Below are positions 43,138 through 57,970 of a DNA stretch of 64,000 nt, piece after piece. Source of the DNA: Eledone cirrhosa (taxonomy: Eukaryota); NCBI GenBank assembly GCA_964016885.1, contig OZ024755.1:8618001-8682000 (forward strand). The letters are read 5' to 3'. Made by a program: the position numbers and the translations under genes. Position 1 is the stretch's first letter, and each line of letters opens with the position of its first letter. The notes beneath the pieces are model-generated. The model was not told the DNA's origin. It did not search any database and worked only from the letters and a program-made list of their open reading frames with translations.

Positions 43138-43444
43138 TGTACCTTCTATTGTACCTTCTAGTGTACCGTACCTTGTATTATACCTTCTATTGTACCTTCT
43201 ATTGTACCTTCTATGTACCTTGTATTATACCTTCTATTGTACCTTCTATTGTACCTTCTATTGTACCTTCTATTGTACCATCTATGTACCGTACCTTCTA
43301 TTGTACCTCCTATTCTACCTCCTATTGTACCTTGTATTGTACCTTCTATTAGACCTCCTAGTGTACATTCAATTGTACCTTACCTTCTAGTATACCTTCT
43401 ATTGTACCTCCTATTGTACCTTCAATTGTACCTTCTATTACCTT
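43138..43444. repeat. 12-bp minisatellite (TGTACCTTCTAT)n, degenerate
   Basis: Roughly 25 imperfect units. Confidence 0.92.
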
Positions 43445-43920
43445 TTGAGTTATCTCCAACACATCTATCTTCCGTTTCTCTCCACCATCAGCAGCACATC
43501 CCTAACACGTCCACCACAATCTTTCATTCCTCCCCCACCATCCCCACCAGTCCCACCATTCTCTACCAGCCCCACCATCCTCAGCCACCTCTTTTATTAT
43601 ATATCTGATCTTGTACTTTCATTGTTTTCTTATCAGAAATTAGACCAGACAAATCTTTAACGTAAAATCCTAGTTCGGTTGATTTAATTTGATTTTAGAG
43701 ATAAAGACTAGCTACAACAATCTATGTAAATCTTGCATGTGTAGAGAAGACAACAGATGACATAATGATATCAGACGGTGTACAATGACACAGATATATC
43801 ATATAGTGTGTGATGACACATTATAGGAAATATCGATGATAGAGTTTGCTATGATATAGTGATATCGTATTTTGTACAATGTTAGTGATATGAGGTTGTG
43901 TACAATGCCTTAGGTAAAAA

Positions 43921-43975
<55 letters not shown>

Positions 43976-44102
43976 GATGACGTTGTTTTCACTTCTGATT
44001 CAACCTTCTCTGTAGGTTATCTTGATAAATATCTCGAACTTTGAGAAAACCACAGTAGACAGATCTGTCAGCAGTTTTACAGTTATAGTGATGAATTCAC
44101 AG

Positions 44103-44178
<76 letters not shown>

Positions 44179-44182
44179 GTAT

Positions 44183-44596
44183 ATTAATTCAAAATAATAA
44201 CAAAATAGATATTCTTGTGACCAAGTATATTTTATTATACATATTTCAGAGGTACTGAGTTAACTTCAACAGTACGTCCTCATCAGATAAAATAAGATGA
44301 TGCATGACATACCCTGACATAGTAGATGGTTAAGATTCAGTCATGGTAGTACTACCATGACTGAATCTTAACCATCTACTGTCAATAGATTGGAAGCACT
44401 CAACAGTCATGGTAGTTCTACCATGACTGAATCTTAACCATCTACTATGTCAGGGTATGTCATGCATCATAACTCAGTACCCCTGAAATATGTATAATAA
44501 AATATACTTGATCACAAGGATATAAATTTTGTTAATATTTTGAATTAATATTAATAACTCCGGAAAACCATAACAGTTGAGTGCTTCCAATCTATT
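44183..44596. repeat. Nested multi-hairpin inverted-repeat structure
   Basis: Outer arms 44183-44262 / 44470-44550; inner arms starting 44298 and ending 44469; perfect 60-bp palindrome 44321-44380; 44383-44404 inverted at about 44575-44596. Confidence 0.92.
44228..44294 (-). ncRNA. Minimal type-I hammerhead ribozyme motif, structurally complete
   Basis: Minus strand: TATTTTAT-CTGATGA-GGACGTACTG TTGAAGTTAACT CAGTACCTCT-GAA-ATATGTAT-A-ATAAAATA; 8-bp stem I, 9/10-bp stem II, GUA triplet. Confidence 0.85.
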
Positions 44597-45732
44597 GTAA
44601 AACTCATTCTTTGATTTATTCATTGAACCTTGTTTAACCTTTAAATATATATATGTATATATATATATCATGCGACCTCTTTTTTCTATTTTACTCCTTT
44701 CTCTTTATATCTTTCTATCCATTAATCTCCCATTTGTTTACCTCCTCCTCACAGTTTCTCAGTATGCTGCCCGATAGCTTAATGTTTATTTCTCTTTTTA
44801 GTATGTCTAACGTCCGACAATATTTATTTATATATATATTATTTCCATTTTCTCCTGGCTAAATTGTTGCCGGCTCTACCCTCTACTTCGTTATCATTAC
44901 ATTTTGTTTCTAATACAAATCACACGTGGTACTACATCGAAGAAAATTAATGTATCATTTGTTATTTTATACCGTATGAAGTCTCGTCTTGTGTTTCAAT
45001 TCAGCCTGCACTGGGGAAAACGATATTAGTTTTAACATAACGAAATCTTTATGATCTTCAACAAATAAAAAAAATACTAAACTAAATATCGACTATTTAT
45101 GTTAAAGCTAATTCTAATCCTTAAACCAATCTTAATCCCAAACCGCAAAATTTGAACAGGAAAACAGATTAAAAATGAACAGCAGTCAGTAGCCAACACG
45201 TATTTGCTTTCTTGTAAAAACAATGGTTCTATAAATTAAAAAAATATGCTTCTACCACCTGAAAATTAAATATAACTTCTAATGATTATGCATCATGTAT
45301 CTCCCCATCAACATTACTTGTCTGTTTTTAGCCTTTCAACAATATAGGACTATAAACAATAACATGTAAAGATTGCTACCATCCCATTTATAACTTGAAA
45401 CAATATTACAACGACCTTCATCTTCACATGTAATTCATTGCAATTTAATTCAAACAGCAAGCAGAAACACATACCAAGCCCTATATTCAAAACCACGCTG
45501 ATTCCATGTTTACATCATTGCTCTTAATACTTAGCCTAATTTTTGTTACTTTTATTATTGTTAATATTCTCCATTTCAATCTTTATTCTCGTCGTATATA
45601 TATATTTATATTTATATTTATATTTTGTTTTTATTCTTAACTCTAATATTTTATTTTATTGGTCTCAATCCCAAATTTTGTTTTCATTAATCAACAGCAG
45701 TCAAACAGTGAACATCTAACCTTTAGATTCAG

Positions 45733-45763
<31 letters not shown>

Positions 45764-45858
45764 GTGACTGAAATTACTCTGAAGCAGGAAGAGAGGTTCA
45801 TATATCTCGGGCCTTTTGCGGGGTGATGGAACGTAGATGGACACATATATATATGTGT

Positions 45859-45898
<40 letters not shown>

Positions 45899-45989
45899 GT
45901 GTGTGTGGGGGGGGGTGCGTGTGTGTGTGTGTGTCTGTGTGTGTGTGTGTGTGCAGGAAATGCTGGAGCCAGTGCTAAAATGTTTCAGC

Positions 45990-46470
45990 TTTAGCATTCG
46001 GTAGTCAGCAGAAGGGAGGTAATTATAAAAAGCTAAATTCACTATCTTCAATTCGGATTTCATTCCTAACCTTAACTATGATCATGAAGTTTCGGTAATG
46101 ACCGAAAGAATTCGATTGCGACTACTAACAGCTGAAATGAGATTCCTTCAAAGTGTCTTTCGAGTAACGTTACAGGATCGGCTGCGTAACTCAGAGATCA
46201 GTGAATCGTCTCAGGTTGAGCTGCTGCATCTCTGATCAAGAGATCATAGCTCCTTTACTATGAACATGTGTTTACAATATCTATGAAAAGAATCTTTAGA
46301 CAGATTTTACGAGTAAAGTCAACAAACAGGAGACACAAGGCTAGACCACAAACAAGCCAGGGGCTCGGTTAGTCTTGCTTAGAAAAGGTTGTTTCTAATA
46401 GAACGATCTAGAATGCGTGTCTGAGAACTCTACACTCATGAATCTCTCAGAAATAAATGGATGAAAATGA
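45990..46470 (+). mobile_element. Degraded RTE-clade LINE 3' fragment (Expander/Rex3-like)
   Basis: Translation KAKFTIFNSDFIPNLNYDHEVSVMTERIRLRLLTAEMRFLQSVFRVTLQDRLRNSEI fits the RTE post-RT pattern (PTLTYGHE.W.MTER...AAEM.FLR...L.DR.R...I); stops and frameshifts follow. Confidence 0.85.
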
Positions 46471-46939
46471 AGAGATTTCAATTAATACACTATTGCTAAT
46501 TTTATAGTTGATCCCCTTTTATAAATTTAGAATAATTAATCATTGTCTTTTAATCATTTGTTAATTAACTCATTTAACTTATAAATCGTTCTCATTCATA
46601 CATTCATTAATCCTCTGACTTACCCTCCCCCTTTTTTCCACAATAATCCTCCGTAATCTCATTTTAATCTACAAAAACTAAGCTGAAAGCCTACTTAGCA
46701 TTCATTAGCTATTCTCTTAAAATAGAACTTTTTATACTTTTATATATTAACTTGTAAGTCTATTACCCCCCCCCCCTCTCTCTCTATATATATATATATA
46801 TATGCACACGTGTAAACACATGAATAAATAGATAGCTAAATAAACACACACACACACATATATATATATATGTATATATATATATACCTGTGCGTGTGTA
46901 TATGTGTGCCTATGTTTATATAGCTGAAGAAATAATTTG

Positions 46940-47059
<120 letters not shown>

Positions 47060-47477
47060 TAATGTGCTTACAATGCTTATAAATTGTGTTATGCACACAC
47101 AGAGATATTTTTACGAACGAAGTAACAATAACAAAACAAAACACCCAGAAGAGCTTTAAATATCTTAAGTAGAATAACTATTTAATATATTAATTATAGT
47201 CGTACTCTTAATAAGAAGCACAATACACAGACGAAATACTGGCTTGTGTAGAAGAATAACAGAGGAAAATTATGTGCGGTACCTCATATTTTCATAATAA
47301 TTTACACGTGGGAAAATAATCTTTCTGCCATAAGTAAACTGCTTCCTACTAAAAATGAAAAGGTGCTTCTGAAGTCGGTTAGTTGAGAGTAAACTGTTTT
47401 GACATCCACATGAATATATCATCTATATTAATACAATTATATATAATTATATAACACACACCTACACCCTCCCATTC

Positions 47478-47508
<31 letters not shown>

Positions 47509-47579
47509 CATATATATAGAGAGATCCCTTTAAAGGTGGAAGCAGCGATACTTTGCTTAAACTTTAATCTGTTATTTTA

Positions 47580-47631
<52 letters not shown>

Positions 47632-47830
47632 AGACTGGTTGTGTACTTACATATTATTTGATTACACAAACCTGTCTTAAAGGTTATTTATATAACGATA
47701 CACCGTCGTGTCCGATGCAATACTTGATCAATGTTCATTACTGAAGCGGAGTGCTTCATCCTGTTTACATCCAAGTTTATTGATTGAGATGTACAAACGC
47801 AACACCCGGAGATAAATAGGGACATATATA

Positions 47831-47883
<53 letters not shown>

Positions 47884-48008
47884 TACATTCATTAGTGTAC
47901 ATCTGTATCTACTTACATTTGTATCGGATATATTTGGAAGTTACATAGATTTGTATTCGGAATATTTACAAAGGTTTTGGATGTGTTCATACAATGTGAG
48001 GAGTGTAG

Positions 48009-48045
48009 AATGTAATGTTTCGGGCATCGGCCTTCATCGGAAAAT
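48009..48045 (-). ncRNA. Decayed hammerhead motif
   Basis: Minus strand CCGATGA-A GGC CGAT GCC C-GAAACATT; one core substitution and poor stem I. Confidence 0.4.
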
Positions 48046-48254
48046 GACGAAGTGCGGAAACAATACGTTATTGCTGGGGTTGTAGGCAAGTAATGTTACA
48101 TACTTTTGACTCACAGCGTTTTCCTTCTTGTTGCAGATGTATATGTCTAATTGTTTAATGTTTCTTCTTCTTCTTCATCTTCTTCTTCTTCTTCTTCTTC
48201 TTCTTCTTCTTCTTCTTCTTCTTCTTCTTCTTCTTCTTCTTCTTCTGTCTCTGT

Positions 48255-48291
<37 letters not shown>

Positions 48292-48359
48292 CGATATTAA
48301 CAAATGGAAACTATATTTATAAAACCATATTTATTTCAATATACATATTTCAATACACC

Positions 48360-48396
<37 letters not shown>

Positions 48397-50154
48397 ATGT
48401 GTGCGTTTGTGTCTCTGTAATATGTATGTATAAAAGTTATGTTTAACATGATTGGGTGTGAATAGCTAAGTTAAGCATGAATGAACAAAATATTGAAATA
48501 TTATTTCATCAACAGAGACCTCAAGTTGATTTATCGTTCATATTACTGCGCAGAACATTTCAAATTAACAGCCTCGTATATGTTCAGTACTTATGATAAA
48601 TAACTTACAATCTACCTTGGTCAGCTCGAAGCATGTCCAGAGCTTTGATAAATATTTTACACCCTAACAGTTTCAGTCCGCAGTATATCATCAGTTTATG
48701 ATAAATATCATACACCCTAAGGTGGATAGTTCACAATGTAGTTTCCACTTGGAATATCTCCCTTCCAATTTGTTATTTATGTCTGCTTTCGGTTGATCCA
48801 GTCATTGGATCGCTGCACTTTCTATGTACAAGGCCGGCTAACATTAAGGTCAACTAGGCAGTCTTTTAAGGCGCAGACATCATAGAGGCTTATTATTGAA
48901 CATAAAATTACAAATTTGTGTAATTAATTTAGATATATAATTTCATGCGAACAAGAAATTTATCACTGAATAAGATTTTAAATTCTAATCACATTGATCA
49001 TGATGGAATCTATAATGTATTCCATATATATTAATATGGTAGCTTCAAGTGTTTCCATTACGTAACCTATTGCTTCACTGTAAAGAGAACGAAGGCCAAT
49101 AACTTGCTACGATCTTATATATTCAGTGTTCACTGAGAGCAAATTTGGCAAATGTTTTGTTCCTCCTATAAAATAAACAATGTATGGTGTGTATATAGGC
49201 CGATTAAATCGATTATGCACTGCTGACCTAAAGTGGTGTGTATGTGTAACATAGTAAGTGATAGTTATGCAAAGCTAACATTCCATATATATGAGTAAAA
49301 ATATTATTTTATTCAGCTATTGATTTGGCACAAAGCCCTAATACATGTTTAGGAGAAATAGTTGCATTTTATATACCTTGCCTCAATTAAACCGAATAGT
49401 TCGATCCGCAATCATTAGATCGCTTATTCTATCCCACAGTGTAGCATCTTGGGCAAGTTTCATTTACAATAGCATCGGTCGACCTATAGATCGACCTGTG
49501 AAAGAAATTGGGCTGACGGAGACTCAAAGCACGTCGTTTAAACTCTACCTGTAATTCAAAATGGACAGTTTAGTAATACAGTCACGTTGAAAAGCCCAGA
49601 GAATAACGGTAAAAGTACACGTGTCTGTAGAATACTCAAACACTTTAACGTTAATTTCAAAAGGAGGATGTTTCGTTGGTTGAACAACTGTAAGATTCCT
49701 CGTCGGAAACGAATGATGTTCACTCCAAATAATATCTCTAGCCAATTTATGACGTGTAGTTTATACAGAAGGAGTTTCAGAAAAAAAAAAGGTATTACCT
49801 TCTAAGACCATCATAACACGAAAACTAACACGTTAATCTCTTTTCACAAACACTTAATTCCTTATATATATGGTATATATACATATATGGTTGAAAAAGA
49901 GTTAAAATAACTGTTTTTCTTTTTTATTTTCATAGTCTTCTTCTTCTTTAACTAACTATCTGTACATTCATAACATCTTCCCTGCTGTTTCTTATATCGA
50001 CGTGCCTTTCTTGCTGTTATCTGAAGAGAAGCAGTTTTATGGAGATGTATTGATTGGGTTAGTGCAATAAGAAAACACTTGGACAACTTTTATACCTTCT
50101 GATAATAGGCTGAGGAGTTAAAACATTTTCACTTTATTGTGTTCGTTCATGGTG

Positions 50155-50400
50155 CTTGCTAGTGGTGACTGTAGTGATGGTTGTGGTATACGGGATGATG
50201 TAGGTGGTAGTGATAGTGATGTTTGTGGTGATGATGGTGGTGGTGATGGTTATGGTTGTGGTGACAAAGGTGGTGCTTAGGTTGTTGAGTGTGGTGGTAA
50301 TGGTGATGGTTGTGGTGATGATGGTGATGGTTGTGGTGCTGGTTATGGTGATACAGTGGTGGTGAGGTGGTGGTGGTGGTGGTGAGGTGGTGGTTGTTAT
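50155..50400. repeat. (GGT/GAT)n low-complexity tract
   Basis: Degenerate trinucleotide repeats. Confidence 0.85.
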
Positions 50401-50565
50401 AGGGGTAGTTGTCAAGTCTTTCTCTTGCTTTATGATCGAACGCGTGCGCCTACGACAGGTTGGCTCTTGAATAGTTAATAAGGATGAAACAACTACCTTA
50501 AACATACATATATATATGTATATGTATGTATGTGAGTATACATATATATATATGTATATATGTGC

Positions 50566-50612
<47 letters not shown>

Positions 50613-51365
50613 TTTGTTTGTAAATATATATATATGTATGTGAATATATTTATATTATATATATATATATATATATAAATGGAAAAGAATGAAACGAAAT
50701 TTCACTTCTCAGTCTTAATACTCATATATATATATATGAGTATGGCTGTGTATATATATGCATATATATGTATATATATTCGAGGTCATCGAATAAGCAG
50801 GATAGACGCAAAGTGGAGAGAAATACGCGCAGGCTGACTGACTGACTGTCTGACTGACTGGATGGATGGTTGGCTGGCTATCGGACTGTCTTGTCAGGTG
50901 ATTGGTCGATTGGCAGGCTGGCTAGTGAGTTCGAATAACTGGCTGACAGGCGGCTGTTAGTTGAGGTGAAAGACGATTGACAGAGCTATTGTTGGGCGTA
51001 GGGAGGATATTGAGAATACTGTTATCGATTAATTTTATAGTCGATAATGAATATATTTATGGGGTTTGCGTGTGTACAGCTGAAGTGATATGCTCGGACA
51101 GCAATTACAGGATTCAATACGAATATATCGTGATGGCTAACAACATATTAATACAGACGAAATGTTTATAAACATTTAATGTTTTTTATTGTCTATAAAT
51201 TTCGCCATCCTGGAATGTCTGTTTGAATTAACAGAGGCACTCACATAGAATCACGGAAGAGACTCTCTGTATAGAGTTGTTTGTCGTCTAACACATTTAC
51301 TCACGAACATAGCATAGCACCCACACACATGCGCATTCAAACACGCATACACCCCCACCCACCCC

Positions 51366-51440
<75 letters not shown>

Positions 51441-51731
51441 AAATAGATGGGTTTTTTTTTTTTTTTTTTTTAGGAGAAAATATAATTATCAAAGGTGGGC
51501 ATGCCCCCTCCCAGTTCCACCGACAATATATATATATAATTTGTTTTTTAAATCATGCTCTGTGCACTTTCCTAAGTGGTTAATATAGCTACTTCTCCCA
51601 TCTCTCTCTACATAACATATACATAAATCGTAGTGCATATACAAATAGATGTGTTTTGGTAGTTTGGGGAGAATAATATAATTATGGGGGGGGGGGCATA
51701 GTTCAGATGCCCCCCCATATACACCACCCCT

Positions 51732-51820
<89 letters not shown>

Positions 51821-52219
51821 GGGAAGAGAAAGAGGTGTAATAAAGGGAGACCAACACTCAATTAGTCCGAATAATTAATACTATAAAATTCTCTTGCGTC
51901 TTCTATACGTGCTACCTGAAATTACTTTAGCATATAAAATATGGTAATTGTTTCCAACCTAATTAAAATGTGCAGTAAAAAAGTTTTAGAAACAGTTTTC
52001 AACATTTTTAATTTAATTAAATGCCAAAAGACAATAAACATGTATTTCTTCTATAATTTATGTTTATTGTACTGTATAAATAATGCGATAAAATGCCATT
52101 TAATTTGGAAAATGAAATCTTAGAATTTTACCAAAAATGTATATAATTTTCGAGTGGAATGTGAAAATGTAAGCAAATTATCAATGTTAACATTGCAAAA
52201 ATATATTCATACACACGCT

Positions 52220-52525
52220 CGATTTGGCAGAATCGCTTGAGCACGGAATATATTTTTTCTGGTTTGCATTCTGAATTCAGTTATTTCCCGAAGTCTACTC
52301 TAACTGTCATCTTTATGGTGTCAATATAAAATTGCAGACGAGTGCTATTGCTGCCCTCTCTTTTCCGCCAGTAACATTCCGTATGTATTCCAGTGAATAA
52401 AGAGACAAGGAAAGTTCTTTATCAGTACAGAGTCGGTAAAATATTGGAAGAGAACGAACTGTGGTCGATTTAATCGATTTCCCCTGCCGTAAATTGCCGG
52501 TCTTGTGCCCAAAGTAGATACAGTT
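52220..52525 (+). mobile_element. Degenerate SINE, interrupted
   Basis: Head gatttggcagaatcg; tail ggtcgatttaatcgatttcccc..gccggtcttgtgcccaaagtaga. Confidence 0.55.
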
Positions 52526-53748
52526 ATGTAATTGTATTCTAATCTCAAATCATTCCAACTTTTCAGCACTTGCATTAAATGTCTCTTCAGTGTGGTTTTC
52601 CTAACCATTATTTTAACGGCTGTAAAATATACGAAAAACTATAGTTTTTGAAAGCGTAATGCATTTTTTTCTCTTAAAGAACATGTCCAGTTCCTATCAT
52701 GGCTTGGCTTCTATTTCTTGTAGTTGATTGAAGACCACAAAACCTCGATGCTAATTCAGCTTTTTCGCTTGTTTCACCTGCACATTCCATTATAATTCGG
52801 ACAGGTGATTCGTGCATGTCAATTTCTTTGCCAATTCTCAAATTGCTATCACCACCTCTATGACATTCATTCTATTAAATCAAATGTAACAGTGAATCCT
52901 CTTTACATGTGCAGTAGAGACATTTGTAACTCAAGCAATTTATCATTTTTTTTTTTGGTTCTCCATATTTAAAGTTGGGTTGGAATAGACTTCCGTCAGT
53001 TGTGTGGTTGTATATATTCTAGTTGCTTGATCAACAGAAAGGCTTTAACGTAATTGTCAGAGAGATTCCGCATCACATAGTGTGACAATGCTGGATTTTT
53101 TAATTAGAGTTGAAAGTCCACCCGATTGGCTTTCAAATACTTTCCATCTACCCATTTCACTCATAAGACATGGGTCGAACTAAGTCCATCCAAATGCCAT
53201 TAATTCATAACTGTTCATGCTCAGCTCAACTTTGATTCCACAACTTTGAAATAAGGTTATATTTATATCTAAAGCTATATTTTAGTGTTTCATTTATATT
53301 TTCCAACACTCTAATGTTTATACCAATCCTATTAATTCATCTAGTAAATATTAATACATTCATATGAGTACCATTACAATGGTATTGGAACATACAATGC
53401 AATCTCCAGCAGCTACATCATGGAATATTTAGTTTGTATTGTATTTGATTTAATCAAAAGTTTCCACACTAGTCCAATCCTTTTTTATATCCACATACTT
53501 ACAATAATAGGCAGTTATGAAATCTAAAATGCTGTTCCGTAATGCAGCAACTGCATACCATAAGTTATAAAAACAGACAAACTACAAACTTGTTTAACTT
53601 TCATGTATCACTGTTTCAAGGAGTATCAGCACATGGATATTAAACGCCTTAGGTTAGCTCAGTTCTATAATGTGCGTCTCATTATTTGAAGCAGCTTCAA
53701 TGTCTAGGTCATGGAATTTATTTTTAATAAAGATTTTATAGATTTAAT

Positions 53749-53811
<63 letters not shown>

Positions 53812-53831
53812 GAGAGAGAGAGAGAGAGATA

Positions 53832-53954
53832 GGGGGGGTAGAACACTGGACGGTCATATCCGTAGTTGTAGAGCACTTAGTCGATGGGACGAGTTTGGTA
53901 GAAGTAGTAACAACAGTTAGTTCACCATACCGAGAACAATCGGTATGGGGAACT
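53832..53954 (-). mobile_element. Family B short element, truncated inside hammerhead stem III, with fold-back
   Basis: Homology to 39537-39642; arms agttcaccataccg (53919-53932) and cggtatggggaact (53941-53954); adjacent (GA)n. Confidence 0.8.
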
Positions 53955-54143
53955 GCTTTTATTACTCAAGTATACCTAGATAGAGGAATAATTCAGTATT
54001 GTTACCGTTCCCCGAATAGAAATTTAAAACACTGTCAGTTTAAATGCTAAAGAGTTAAGCCTATTGTTGAGTCTCTATGAACAGTAATATAAGCATTGTA
54101 AAGTTTTAGTTTAGATGCTGTCTTCTTGTTTCTTCTACAACAA

Positions 54144-54712
54144 CTACAACGGTACGCGATGGGGCCCACCCACAGCCCCGGCGGACAGAATGGAGAAGGC
54201 GTTTTCCCGGAGGACGGCGAGGGAGACGCGCTGGAAGAACCACTCCAACTCGCGGGGCTCACACCTGCGGCTGGGAAGCTCAGCGCCTATGGTGGTTAGT
54301 AAGGAGCAAGCCCTGGGGCCGAGGACACCAGAAGACTCCACTGCCAGGAGTACGACCGCAAACCTGTCAGAGAGCGACCGGTATTTGATGAGTTTAGCCC
54401 CCTCACCCCGACGTGCAGCAGAGATGGGTCATTCGCAGACTGCACCAGATTGCAGCTGCAGAAAGTGTCGGTGCAAGTGGCATCCCAGACGAGGGTTTTG
54501 CCACCGCGGAACGGGAAGATGGTCATACGATCTGGCCTTTTACCGTCCCCTGGATCCATCCCCACCGGCTCGAGCTGGGAAGGGAAGCCTGCCGCGTCTA
54601 AGCCATGCTTAATGACCTCGTTGAGGGCAGCATGGCGTGGAATACGGCCGGCACTGTGGCGACAGGAAAGTGGATGGAGGCCGAAAGAGTCCACGGTGGA
54701 ACCGCAGCGACA
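54144..54712 (-). mobile_element. 5'-truncated CRE-like non-LTR retrotransposon (Zn-knuckle plus restriction-like endonuclease)
   Basis: CRCGSTVDSFGLHPLSC, RHAALN, GKRPD, LVWDATCTDT, then after a frameshift KY..LAVESSGVLGP..FFQRVSLAVLRENA; GC-rich island. Confidence 0.85.
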
Positions 54713-55965
54713 TTACTACTTATATATATATACATATATATGCATAGTTTAAATTCAGCCCACTAGAGAGCTACTTGAGATAGGCTAAAGAATCTCATGT
54801 GGTTGTTGAGTAACTGTAGCAAATATGTACGAACCATACACTTAGAGGTAGTAGCGTGTTATCCAGGGATGAATGTTGTACAATCAGTCGCATCACACCA
54901 ATAAGACTAGGATAAGTTCTGGCCTGATGAACCTCTTGGATTAGGACAGACTTTACATTTAAAGAGCTACTGGTACTTTGTTCACAGACCCCATAATAAA
55001 ATAATGTTAACCTTGGTGGTATTTGAACTCTTAATACAGATAGTGGGTAAAATAAGGTAATGCATTCTACATGATGCTATAATGACCATAGCAAGTAATG
55101 TCCATTTTTAAGTAAGCCCTGGTGATCATTTCACAACCACAACATTTATAGCATCTATTACAACTTGGACAAGATTCCTAGGGAAGTTGAGTTATCTCCC
55201 ATTGTACCTGAGTTCAAATCCCGCCATAGTCCACTCTCTGTAATATTATCCTTTTGTCTATACAATAAGTACCAGTGAAGTACTGAGGTCGATACAAGTG
55301 ATATCATCTCTTTAAACATGTGGCTTTGCACTTATGTTTAAAAAATCAATATTGTTACAACCAAGCCTTGCAGTATTTGTTGCAAACATTTTTTTCTAGA
55401 ATTTTGCTTGACTGTTCAGTGAAGCGTGAGAACACTGAGGTATTGTTGTATTTCAATATAATGTATTTGGGCGGAAACGTTGTGCTGTGTCGTATAATTT
55501 CCTAGTAGAGACGTATAATGTAATGCAATGCAGTGTACTGTAATAATTGGAGTGACTCTAATACTATTTTGCTTTCTGAAAATTATGTATGGCAGAGTAT
55601 AGGAGAAGGTAATGAGAAATCAAGTCGAAGATGAGAAGCAGTTTTAACCCTTTTTATACCAAGCTGTCTGAATCCGAGCCTCGTTCTAATCCAGAGCCAG
55701 TTTATTTTATAAAATTTAAATTTATATTTAACAAAAAAACTATCATAAATGTATGTAAGAACGTTTGCTAAGCTTTAAATACCAGTTCTTTATGAGAAAG
55801 TTAGTTGTATTACAAAATGACTCAATAATTCCTGATTATTCTCAAAATCTATTCGACCCCTAGGTATTGTCTTTCATTAGAGACATTTGAAAAAAAACAG
55901 CTAAAACATTTTTAATTTCTAAATCCTTCCACCCTTATAATTTCATGTAAGGACATATATATACA

Positions 55966-56169
55966 TAGGAAAATGTATGGCCGCGACGGCAGAGTTCAAG
56001 CCGTTTCGACGGCTATTTCTGGACTCTTCTGGAGTCCAGAAATAGCTGTCGAAACGGCTTGAGTTCTGCCGTCGGGGTCATACATTTTCCTATTACCCAC
56101 TCTACTACCGTAAGTATTGAGTACTCTGGTTCGTTATGGTTCATCTAGTTCCTTACCACAACTCCTTCG

Positions 56170-56172
<3 letters not shown>
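55966..56172 (+). mobile_element. Family A fold-back short element, longest hairpin
   Basis: Arms extend through gctatttctggactc / gagtccagaaatagc. Confidence 0.92.
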
Positions 56173-56233
<61 letters not shown>

Positions 56234-56235
<2 letters not shown>

Positions 56236-56419
56236 CGAGTAGGGGCCCGACGGCTGAGCTCAAGTCGTTTCGACGGCTAGTTCTCGAATTAGCCGTCGAA
56301 ACGGCTTGAGCTCAGCCGTCGGGCTCCTACTCGTTCTTATTACCCACTCTACTACCCTAAGTATTGAGTAATTTGGTGCGTTATGGTCCACCTGGTTCCT
56401 TACCACATTTCCTTCGTTA
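56234..56419 (+). mobile_element. Family A fold-back short element
   Basis: Arms aacgagtaggggcccgacgg.. / ..ccgtcgggctcctactcgtt; tandem with the previous copy across a TA run. Confidence 0.92.
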
Positions 56420-56446
56420 TATATATATATATATATACACACACAC

Positions 56447-56540
<94 letters not shown>

Positions 56541-57053
56541 ATGGATGGATGGATGGATGTATGTATGTATGTATATACAGAGAGAGAGAGAATGAGTTAA
56601 TCCTCGTCTTGCGAATAGCTTGATCTAGGAATGTGTGTTCAAACTGAAGCAATTATATCCCAAAAGTTATTTTATCCATTCCAAGAAGCCACGAAAACTC
56701 TTAACTTCACTTTATATTTATCATTATTTTCCGAACGAAATTTACCATTTACGAAGCCATTTCCACTTTAGTTATATATTTTTTTCGTTGTTTTTGCCAT
56801 TTCCATTTTCATTTACAGCTTGTTTCGCTTGGTACCTTTCGTTGGTCGGTGTCCGTTCCACAGTGTGAGTTTGAAACATATCTTCTGCATCAAGTACTTC
56901 TCATATCTTTTATTTCCATCTAGGTTGACACTTGAGAGCTATGTCTGGGCTTATGGTTATAGTTCACGATACAGTGGAGATTTTGACAGATAATTAGTTA
57001 AAAAATCACATATAGACTACCGTAAAGTAACACATCAATGTCTATTTTACACT

Positions 57054-57097
<44 letters not shown>

Positions 57098-57786
57098 GCA
57101 CACACACACATATATATATATATAATAAAGTATATGTCCCTACACGCACAAAATTTATTTTGAAACTTTTTCTTATTTGCTAAACCTTGATTATATATAT
57201 GTGTGTGTGTGTGTGTGTATGTGTCTATTCTTTATTAATTCTTCCGTACTTTAATAATTAAAGCGCTGATGAAATAGAGTTAGGTTCAACTTCCGTCGAG
57301 CTCGATAAATTACCTCTTCAGTAGTGGGTTGATCCTTACTTTATATGTTTTCCTCCCTCTTCTACTTCTCTGTCACTGGAAAAATTCACCTATAGAGGAA
57401 TGGCCTACGCTAGATTTATATGAACCCTTCTCAGGTTTTATATGGCCAAGACATAAGCAATCTCACGACGCCCACGCTCTAGGATATCGTCACCTATAAA
57501 GGACCCAATGTTTGTATGTAATATACTAATGGTCTTGAGCGATCTACTTTAAACAAAATCTCGTAAAATATAGTCAAATTGTTACTTATACAATGTACAA
57601 AACAAGAGAGAATTTTATAAAAATATTATTGAGCCTTTGTTGAAAATGTCGCAAGAAGTCGCCATAAATCTTTCATTTTATTAAGGACCCATGAAAAAAA
57701 GAAAGAAGAAAATCGCCAAATTAAATTGCATTACATCGACTGATCTGTGTAAAGTGGTTGAGCTGAACACACACACACACACACAG

Positions 57787-57869
<83 letters not shown>

Positions 57870-57913
57870 TATATATATATATCTATATATGTATATCTAT
57901 ATCTATGTATATA

Positions 57914-57970
<57 letters not shown>

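Noticed and set aside
51685-51732. G-run/C-run hairpin ending CCACCCCTG as a DNA-transposon terminus
   Set aside because: No matching opposite terminus or TSD found.
54115-54752. Plus-strand ORFs over the GC-rich island
   Set aside because: Antisense shadows of the minus-strand CRE-like fragment.
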